Shown here: piece after piece, positions 57,255 to 64,000 of the stretch
Position numbering within the stretch: position 1 is the first letter of the stretch
How the letters are laid out: the number at the start of each line of letters is the position of its first letter
From: a bacterium
GTDB lineage: Bacteria > Patescibacteriota > Minisyncoccia > Phycocordibacterales > UBA2100
Assembly: GCA_021781955.1 (NCBI GenBank)
Contig: JAJXVV010000002.1
Coordinates: 74,730 to 138,729, forward strand
Direction of reading: 5' to 3'
Length of the DNA: 64,000 nucleotides
Translations under genes and position numbers: made by a program
Notes under the pieces: generated by a model
What the model saw: the letters and a program-made list of their open reading frames with translations, nothing else
Told to the model about the DNA's origin: nothing
The model's database searches: none

Positions 57255-57675
57255 GCTCCTGCTCGCGATAGCCGGCTTCTCGTTCGTCGGTTTCGCCGAC
57301 TCCGCCTACCTCACGGCCGATCACTACCTCGCACTGCCGCTGCCGTGTTCGATACTGCACGGATGCGACATCGTGCTGCGGTCCGCCTACTCGATGATAG
57401 GTCCCATTCCGGTCGCGATGACGGGTGTGGCGTTCTATCTCGTCGTGCTGTTCTTCGTGCTGTACCTCTACACGGCCGATACGCTCGAAAAGCGCCTCGT
57501 CTACGCGCTCGCCGGTCTCGGCACAATCGGGTTCGCGATGTCTGCCATCTTTGAGTCAATCCAAATCTACCTCATTCACGCGCTTTGCCAGTATTGCGCC
57601 CTTTCCGCGCTCAGCTCGGCTCTCATTTTCATCTCCGCGCTCTGGCTCTCCCGCGCAGCACGGAAGGGCGCATAA
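57196..57675 (+). CDS. vitamin K epoxide reductase (VKOR) family protein
   Basis: LPCSILHGCDIVLRS active-site Cys pair, TM helices, C-terminal CQYC. Frame is +1 relative to the DsbA-like ORF; overlaps it by about 59 nt. Confidence 0.7.
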   Translation: MPPSPKPSTLPSPRRPLLNKLLLAIAGFSFVGFADSAYLTADHYLALPLPCSILHGCDIVLRSAYSMIGPIPVAMTGVAFYLVVLFFVLYLYTADTLEKRLVYALAGLGTIGFAMSAIFESIQIYLIHALCQYCALSALSSALIFISALWLSRAARKGA

Positions 57676-57705
57676 CGCTCGCAACCGCTTATCCCCACTT
57701 TCACC

Positions 57706-57725
57706 CAGAGGACCGTCCTCTGTAT
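57706..57725. repeat. palindromic repeat copy preceded by a degenerate DnaA-box-like motif
   Basis: cttatccccac-tttcac-cCAGAGGACCGTCCTCTG. Confidence 0.8.
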
Positions 57726-57986
57726 TAGTGCGCACGGTCGTGCTATAAGCATGAACGGTGGCGCGTTGGCGCATCGCAACATGGAGTTGAGAATGAGATC
57801 GGGAAACGGAAAAATATCGCTTCTTGAATGGGTCATCATCGTGGCTTTTATGGCAGGGGTCATGTATGGCCTGGTCATGAAGCCTCGCCTTCTCAAGACG
57901 CAAGACGCCTTATTGGCACACTCGTACCAGCAACGATAGTGTTGCCGAATTGACAAGTAGCCCGGACCTCGCGCCCGGGCTTTTCT

Positions 57987-59648
57987 TTACACGCTGCGCG
58001 TGACCATGCTCCGCTCGATGTCCTGGAGCGTGCCGCCGACTTTTTTGCCAGGGTTCAAGATGCCGAGCGGGTCGAATGCCTGCTTCACCTGCGCGAAGAG
58101 ATCGAGCATTTCTGGCGAGAATTGATACGACAGAAAGGGCGTGCGGACGATGCCGTCGTTGTGCTCTCCGGTGATGGCGCCGCCGTACTTGCGTACGAGA
58201 TCGTAGATCCTCGGCATGAGGTCCATGATCATCGAATGCGTCTTAGGCTGGCTCATATCGACGAGCGGGAAAATGTGGAAGTTACCGTCACCGATGTGGC
58301 CGGTAACCGCGTAGGTGAAGGAGTAGCCGTTCAGGAGCTTGTAGAGCTCGGGAAGGAACTGCGGGTAATCCTTCGGATGCACGACGAAATCATCCATGAT
58401 CGGCGCCGCGGTCAAACCCTTCATGCGTTTGCGCAGAAGCGCGAACGCTTCGCGGCGCATTTTCCAATACTTGGCCGATTCGATCTCGCTGCGCGCGATC
58501 TTCGTGCGTACCGGCAGTCCTTCGAGCGCGGCGGCGGTCTCCTCCACTTTGCGGAGCGCCTCATCCGGCGTGTCTTCAGCGAACTCCGCGAGCAGGAAGA
58601 GCTTGGGGATGCCGCCGGTCGCGACCATCGTCATCTCGGGGATGAAAGAGAAGCCGAGCCGGGCCGCCTGCGCGAGGCCCATTTGCCGCAACATTTGCGG
58701 CATGAACTTCACCGCGAGCATGAGCGTTTTGTCGTCGTAGGATTCAAAGGATTCCGGCTTGCATGCGAGCACGCGCGTAACCACTTCAGGCAGGATATCC
58801 ATGTCGGAGAGAAATATCACGAGCATGGCGCGATGCTCCTTGAGCTTTACGAGGCCGAGCTTTGCGGCGGTGACGATTGCGAGCGTGCCTTGCGAGCCTG
58901 TCACGAGCTGCGAGAGGTCGAAGGTGTTGCGTTTTTTATCGATGACGTTCCAGAGCGCGTAGCCGGCGGAATTCTTCGTCACGGTGGGGCGCGCTGCCTC
59001 TATTTCATGTTCGTGCGCACCGATGAGCGCATGCACCTTGCGGTAGATGTCGCCCTCGAGGTCCTGCTGCGTCTCTTTGGCGGCAAGCTCGTTTTCGGAG
59101 AGCGCTCGCAGGGTCGCGTGCGTGCCGTCGGCAAGCACGACCTCAAGCTCGCGGACGTAGTCGTTCGTCTTGCCGAAGTTGAGCGTGAGTTCGCCGCCGG
59201 AATTATTTGAAACGATCCCGCCGATGGCGCACAGCTCGCGCGAGGCGGGGTAGGAGGGTAGCAGCATGCCGCGCTTCGCCATGGTCTCTTTCTCGAAATC
59301 GCGGTAGTACAGGCCCGGCTCCGCCTTCGCCCAGTCGTCGCCCACCTCGAGCATGCGGTTCATGTATTTCGGGAAGACGAGCATGACGGAGTCGGTGAGG
59401 TCGCCGCCGGTCATGTCGGTACCGGCGCTCCTTGCCGCAAGACTGACTTGTTCGCCGCGCGCTCGAGCTTCGCCTATCACGCGTATGACCGCCGACACGT
59501 CGTCGGCGCTCTTTGGGAAAACGACGAGCGAGGGGAGACGCTCGAAGATGCTCGTGTCGTGCGAGTACGCGCTGCGTGTCGCAAGGTCGTCCGCGACATC
59601 GCCGCGTATAACGGCCTTTATGCGCTGTGCGAGGCTAGGCATGCGCAA
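57987..59648 (-). CDS. FAD-linked oxidase (GlcD / D-lactate dehydrogenase family)
   Basis: FAD_binding_4 N-terminal pattern and FAD-oxidase C-terminal domain. Confidence 0.85.
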   Translation of the reverse strand: MRMPSLAQRIKAVIRGDVADDLATRSAYSHDTSIFERLPSLVVFPKSADDVSAVIRVIGEARARGEQVSLAARSAGTDMTGGDLTDSVMLVFPKYMNRMLEVGDDWAKAEPGLYYRDFEKETMAKRGMLLPSYPASRELCAIGGIVSNNSGGELTLNFGKTNDYVRELEVVLADGTHATLRALSENELAAKETQQDLEGDIYRKVHALIGAHEHEIEAARPTVTKNSAGYALWNVIDKKRNTFDLSQLVTGSQGTLAIVTAAKLGLVKLKEHRAMLVIFLSDMDILPEVVTRVLACKPESFESYDDKTLMLAVKFMPQMLRQMGLAQAARLGFSFIPEMTMVATGGIPKLFLLAEFAEDTPDEALRKVEETAAALEGLPVRTKIARSEIESAKYWKMRREAFALLRKRMKGLTAAPIMDDFVVHPKDYPQFLPELYKLLNGYSFTYAVTGHIGDGNFHIFPLVDMSQPKTHSMIMDLMPRIYDLVRKYGGAITGEHNDGIVRTPFLSYQFSPEMLDLFAQVKQAFDPLGILNPGKKVGGTLQDIERSMVTRSV

Positions 59649-59703
59649 AGTATACCGTGCCCACCGATGCGGAAGGCGGGTTTTCCACGCTATAATATGG
59701 GAT

Positions 59704-60537
59704 ATGTCCCACGAAAGGCGGCGACATCGCGTTAGGCACGTACGTCATTTTGGCACTAGCTATCAATCGTCGTTATTCCAGCGGCTGTTGGTTCTCGTGC
59801 TCGGACCGCTCGCGATCGTTGCAGCGGTCTATGTGCTCGTACACGTTCTTCCCGCCGGGCAGGAAGCATCGGAGTCCTCACTTTCACCCGATACCATCGC
59901 GATGGCGACCTTCGACACGATGACGCGTCTCGCGATCGCCTACGTTCTCGCGATCGCCTGCGCGGTACCGCTCGCGATATCCGCCACGATGAATCGGACG
60001 ACAGAAGCGATCTTGCTGCCCATTTTCGATATCCTCGAATCGGTGCCGATATTGGCGCTCTTTCCGGTCGTCATTATGGTTTTCGTCAACTATTTCCACT
60101 CGCTCGACGGCGCCGCGGTATTCATCCTCTTCATGACGATGCTCTGGAACATCGTCTTCCCGCTCATCGGCGGCCTGCAGATCATCCCCGGCGATGTCAT
60201 TGCCGCCGCGAAAGTGTTCGGCGTGGAAGGGTTCGCGTTCGTGCGCCGCGTCCTGCTGCCAGCACTCGTGCCGCAAATGGTGACCGGTTCAATCCTCGCT
60301 ATGGCGCAGGGCTGGAACATCATCATCGTGGCGGAAGTGCTGCATACGTACATTCCCGGCGGCACTTCGGCGCAAGATCTCTTCGGCATCGGCTCGATCC
60401 TGGTCGACGCCTCCGCGAATGCACAGAACGGTGTCTTTCTCGAGGCGGTGTTCGCGCTCGTCGTTGTGATCGGGTTGCTCAATTTGCTCGTCTGGCAACG
60501 GTTGCTGCACATCTCACAGCGGTTCCGTTTTGAATGA
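59704..60537 (+). CDS. ABC transporter permease (NitT/TauT-type)
   Basis: Six TM helices and an EAA-like loop. Start trimmed to ATG 59704 to avoid overlap with the convergent oxidase gene. Confidence 0.8.
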   Translation: MSHERRRHRVRHVRHFGTSYQSSLFQRLLVLVLGPLAIVAAVYVLVHVLPAGQEASESSLSPDTIAMATFDTMTRLAIAYVLAIACAVPLAISATMNRTTEAILLPIFDILESVPILALFPVVIMVFVNYFHSLDGAAVFILFMTMLWNIVFPLIGGLQIIPGDVIAAAKVFGVEGFAFVRRVLLPALVPQMVTGSILAMAQGWNIIIVAEVLHTYIPGGTSAQDLFGIGSILVDASANAQNGVFLEAVFALVVVIGLLNLLVWQRLLHISQRFRFE

Positions 60538-61246
60538 TATGAGCGCGGTCATCGAACTCAAGGGGGTGGGGAAGACGTATCCGGGCGAACAGCATCCGGC
60601 ATTGCGCGATGTGTCGTTCTCGGTAGGACAGGGCGAGTTCGTGTGTCTGGTCGGGGCATCCGGTTGCGGCAAATCGACCATTCTCAAGATAATCGCCGGG
60701 CTCGAGGAGCCCACGACCGGTACGCTTACCAAGCCTGCGGCGGTCTCGATGGCGTTTCAATCGGGTGCGCTTTACCCGTGGCTCACTGTGTTCGAGAACG
60801 CGGCCTTCGGTCTTCGCGGCAAGGGTATGCGGGAGCGCGAGCTTGCGGCGGCGGTCGAGGATAAGCTCAAGCTCGTCAATATACTTCCGTTCCACGACAA
60901 ATATCCATCGGACCTCTCGGGCGGACAGCGCCAGCGCGTGGGCATCGCGCGCGCGCTTTCGGTCAATCCGGCGGTCCTTCTGCTCGACGAGCCGTTCTCC
61001 GCACTCGATCCAAGGACGACCGAAGAGCTCCATGAGGACCTCATATCGATATGGCGAGAGACGAAGAAAACGATCCTTATGGTCTCGCACCTCATCGAAG
61101 AAGCGGTGTCGCTAGCCGATCGGGTGATACTCATGCGCGACGGGAGCGTCGATTCCGAGTATCCCATCGCGCTTTCGTACCCGCGCCGCGAAAATGAAGG
61201 CTTCCACCACGACGTTATGAAGATACGTCGAGAGTTCTTCAGGTGA
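60530..61246 (+). CDS. ABC transporter ATP-binding protein
   Basis: Walker A GASGCGKST, signature LSGGQRQR, Walker B LLLDEPFSALD. Confidence 0.9.
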   Translation: MNDMSAVIELKGVGKTYPGEQHPALRDVSFSVGQGEFVCLVGASGCGKSTILKIIAGLEEPTTGTLTKPAAVSMAFQSGALYPWLTVFENAAFGLRGKGMRERELAAAVEDKLKLVNILPFHDKYPSDLSGGQRQRVGIARALSVNPAVLLLDEPFSALDPRTTEELHEDLISIWRETKKTILMVSHLIEEAVSLADRVILMRDGSVDSEYPIALSYPRRENEGFHHDVMKIRREFFR

Positions 61247-61301
61247 CGCGCCCGTTCACGGTGTATACTGTAAACACTTAGCAGCCTAACGCACGTTTTG
61301 T

Positions 61302-61640
61302 ATGGAGGAAAAAATGAGATCGGAAATGAATGAGCACGGCAATCATTGCGATCATTGCAACGGCATGTGGGGCCACCGCAGCAATCGCGGTTGGCACCTC
61401 GTCGCGAAAATACTTATCCTTGCCATCGTCTTTTGGCTCGGCATGCAGCTGGGCGAATTGCGCGCGTATACCTTTGGCGGGTTCGGGCCGGGCATGATGG
61501 GCGGCTGGGGATACGGCGGCATGATGGATGGAGGAGGCTATTACGGCAACGGTTACTACGGTGGCGGCTATGGCCAGGGACAGGGTACCGGGAATACCCA
61601 GGTTGCCCCGAAGACTTCCGGCACCTCGACCGGCCAGTGA
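61302..61640 (+). CDS. small membrane protein with His/Cys N-terminus and Gly/Tyr-rich tail
   Basis: SD GGAGG upstream. HGNHCDHCNGMWGH, one TM helix, GGxY repeats. Confidence 0.6.
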   Translation: MEEKMRSEMNEHGNHCDHCNGMWGHRSNRGWHLVAKILILAIVFWLGMQLGELRAYTFGGFGPGMMGGWGYGGMMDGGGYYGNGYYGGGYGQGQGTGNTQVAPKTSGTSTGQ

Positions 61641-61650
61641 CGAGAGGGAT

Positions 61651-62445
61651 TCAACGTGCATGGTGCGCGCGCTCCGAAAGGAGCGCGCGCAGTAGTTTGT
61701 AGATCGTATATAGCACGATGGCGAGCGCGGCATAGAAAAGTATCGGCATTTGGAATACGTAGAGCAGTGCTCGCAACACACCCGTCCGCACCTTTTCGAG
61801 CGTGCCGCCGGGCGAGGCGGAGCCCGCAGCGGCGAGGTTGGTGGTCGAGGCGCCTAATACCTCCGGCATGAGGGGCGCCGGACCGGCTGCGGCGGCAGTC
61901 CGCTTCGCGTCGGCGACGAGCGCTGCAGAAAGATGCCGGCTCCCGGCCGCGCGCCAGTTCTCGGTGGTCGAAGCGATGGCTTGGAAGATGCTCTGCACGA
62001 CCGGCGATGATGAAGCGACCGCGTTCTGTACGATGGCCGCGTACCGCGCGATAGGCGAAGGCGGTGCCGCTTTGACGGTCACGCTCACGGTGCCGGTCGA
62101 GGCCTGCGCGAGCGCTCCGCTCGGACCGCTCACGTTCTCGAGCGCGGCGGAGAAAGAGTGCTCTCCGATGCTCGCCGTCCAATCCGCGCTCACGATCTGC
62201 GTTTCTCCCGGAGCGAGCGAAAAATGCACGGTTTGCAGCGGGCCTGAGTCGACGTTGAACTGCACGTCGCCGCTCAGGGGCGACGCGCCGCTATCGTAGA
62301 GCACCGTGTACACCTTGACCGCGTCGCCCGCCATCGGCGCCTGTTCCGAAAGCCAAAGCGACCCCGGCGCAAAGCCCGCGGCCGAGGCCGCGCACGCGAA
62401 CGTAGGCGCAAATAGCAAGGCGAACACGGCGGCCCAATTCCTCAT
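61651..62445 (-). CDS. secreted protein with C-terminal TM anchor
   Basis: Signal peptide MRNWAAVFALLFAPTFACAASA. C-terminal hydrophobic helix LLYVFQMPILFYAALAIVLYTIY. Confidence 0.55.
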   Translation of the reverse strand: MRNWAAVFALLFAPTFACAASAAGFAPGSLWLSEQAPMAGDAVKVYTVLYDSGASPLSGDVQFNVDSGPLQTVHFSLAPGETQIVSADWTASIGEHSFSAALENVSGPSGALAQASTGTVSVTVKAAPPSPIARYAAIVQNAVASSSPVVQSIFQAIASTTENWRAAGSRHLSAALVADAKRTAAAAGPAPLMPEVLGASTTNLAAAGSASPGGTLEKVRTGVLRALLYVFQMPILFYAALAIVLYTIYKLLRALLSERAHHAR

Positions 62446-62620
62446 GAATGAAGTATAGCCCTTGTGCACACGTAATCCACTCATTTCTTGTCTTGACGTC
62501 AAGGCAGTAGCGGGCGTAGTGTGCCGGTATCGAATATGACGCCCAGCGCCATTTCGGTCACGTGTTGTTCATCAGCAATGTGCGCATTATACATAAGAGT
62601 TAATCATAACAAGACCCCGT

Positions 62621-64000
62621 ATGAATATCGTATGGAGCGGGCGCACTCTCATTATCAGCCTCGCAGCGGCAACTCTCCTGAGCATGGCCGCGTTTTTCAT
62701 TTGTGTTCCGCTTGCACACGCCGATACGGAGACGATCAATTTTGAGTCCGGTTACACCTTAAATAGTGTCAATGGCCAGAATGGTTGGAACTCTACCGGG
62801 CCTTACGACCAAAGCGTTGTTGACACATCTGCGTTCGGAAGTCCGTCTGGTTTTGGAACGAAAGCATTTCGTATCTCGAATGCGGTGACCTCGGGCTCGT
62901 TCGGTGACCAGACCTTTGCGCCGCCATTGACCGACGCGGTCGGCGAGATGGATGCGACGGACGGGACATTTTCGGAGGGAATCAGGCAGAACCATTACGA
63001 ACTCCAGTTCGACTTCACGTCGGCAACCTCTACCTACCAATCCGGACTTGCTGTCTCGATCTCTCCTGACCGAGGCGATGGTTCCCGGATGGCGTACATC
63101 CGTCTCGAGGACCATGCTGATGGCGTGCATGTCTACTTTGATGATGTGCAGGGGACGAGTAATCCGGCGAATTTCGTCGAGACCGATCTTGCGACACTTG
63201 ACCGCACGACCGTCCACACGATCAAGATGACGTTCGATCCCGCAGATGGTCCATCGAACGATGTTGTCAAAGTCTACATCGACGGCGCGCTCGTTCACGT
63301 AGGTACGAGTTGGGAGAATTATTATCGCTACGATTCTGAAGCGCATGCCGAACAAAGTCCACGTATCGTAAAAACGGTTATCTTCCGCGCTGGCGGTACC
63401 GCCGCACCATCCACGTTAGGTGACGGGTTCCTTTTCGACAACATAACTCTGACTTCAGAGGATGTGTCAAAAGTGACAACTGGCGTAGCGACGGGCATCA
63501 CGCGTTCCGACGCGACTCTCAACGGGGCCGTTGGTCCGTTCAATGCGATGAAGGAATCTTTCTGGGTCTCGACAAGCACTTTCGCGACATCGAGCTCGAA
63601 CATACCGGCGAACGTGTATTCGACGCCGGTATTGCCGGCCGCAGGTGGAGGTGCGACGTTTTCCGATCCGCTCTCGCTCGTAACAACGAACGGTATCGTT
63701 ACGGGCGGCGTGAACCAAAACATGCCCGCCATTACGCCAGGTACCACGTATTACTACGTGGCGTGGGCGGATATCGGTGGCATATGGTATCCGGGTGATG
63801 TTCACGCGGTTACGACCGCGCCGGATGCCCCGACCCTCTTGACCCCAGCGAGCGGAACAACGCTCGAGACCAACAGTTTCGACTTTACGTGGAATGCGGT
63901 GACCGACGCGCTGCCCGTGACATACCAGTTCCAATCGTCGTTGAATCCTGCCGCGACGGGCGGTGTGCTCACTAGCGGTCTGTGGACGTCCGGAACGCTC
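62621..64000 (+). CDS. large secreted protein, 3'-truncated by window end
   Basis: ATG 62621. Signal peptide MNIVWSGRTLIISLAAATLLSMAAFFICVPLAHA. Open frame to the window end. Confidence 0.6.
   Translation, partial: MNIVWSGRTLIISLAAATLLSMAAFFICVPLAHADTETINFESGYTLNSVNGQNGWNSTGPYDQSVVDTSAFGSPSGFGTKAFRISNAVTSGSFGDQTFAPPLTDAVGEMDATDGTFSEGIRQNHYELQFDFTSATSTYQSGLAVSISPDRGDGSRMAYIRLEDHADGVHVYFDDVQGTSNPANFVETDLATLDRTTVHTIKMTFDPADGPSNDVVKVYIDGALVHVGTSWENYYRYDSEAHAEQSPRIVKTVIFRAGGTAAPSTLGDGFLFDNITLTSEDVSKVTTGVATGITRSDATLNGAVGPFNAMKESFWVSTSTFATSSSNIPANVYSTPVLPAAGGGATFSDPLSLVTTNGIVTGGVNQNMPAITPGTTYYYVAWADIGGIWYPGDVHAVTTAPDAPTLLTPASGTTLETNSFDFTWNAVTDALPVTYQFQSSLNPAATGGVLTSGLWTSGTL

Noticed and set aside
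57751-57939. 62-aa ORF with a pilin-like hydrophobic N-terminus (GKISLLEWVIIVAFMAGV)
   Set aside because: The Glu is at +6 rather than +5 from the Gly and there is no F/M at +1, so it is not a canonical type IV prepilin signal. Retained only as a possible small membrane protein.
1-64000. CRISPR arrays, transposases, integrases, phage structural genes, rRNA
   Set aside because: No regularly spaced direct repeats, no DDE/tyrosine-recombinase-like ORFs and no rRNA-like conserved stretches were seen in any frame.

Overview
GC-rich bacterial chromosomal window with strong G/C bias at third codon positions. It is densely packed with housekeeping genes on both strands: DEAD-box helicase, shikimate-kinase-like protein, dihydroorotate dehydrogenase family protein, GlmS, MetK, YvcK/CofD-like protein, Nth, MutY-like glycosylase, RNase J, peptide ABC substrate-binding protein, SecG, GroES/GroEL, LemA/HtpX, a two-component pair, PanD, UppS, a P-type ATPase, MurJ, LepA, HisS, a DsbA-like/VKOR pair, a GlcD-like oxidase and an ABC transporter. 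RNA features are RNase P RNA (rnpB), four tRNAs (Ser-GGA, Gly-CCC, Arg-CCU, Phe-GAA) and a SAM-I riboswitch in the metK leader. No CRISPR array, transposase, integrase or rRNA was seen. There are many large secreted proteins with low-complexity S/T/G/Y/N-rich regions, some carrying PG-binding or IPT/TIG-like domains. A FemAB fusion and a small-genome-style gene set make a Patescibacteria/CPR-like or other monoderm-type lineage plausible but unproven. Most notable: (1) a DGR-like variable-repeat signature (AAC/NNC codon tract, GC-rich IMH-like segment, GC hairpin) at 1741-1905, next to a convergent Avd-like four-helix-bundle ORF, with no RT or template repeat in the window; (2) a dispersed 17-bp perfect palindrome CAGAGGAC(C/G)GTCCTCTG(GGG) in 8 copies, four of them preceded by a DnaA-box-like TTATCCACA, and three inserted in-frame in the MutY-like gene; (3) an operon encoding a truncated Mur-ligase-like protein, an alpha/beta hydrolase and a DegT aminotransferase-FemAB fusion protein.
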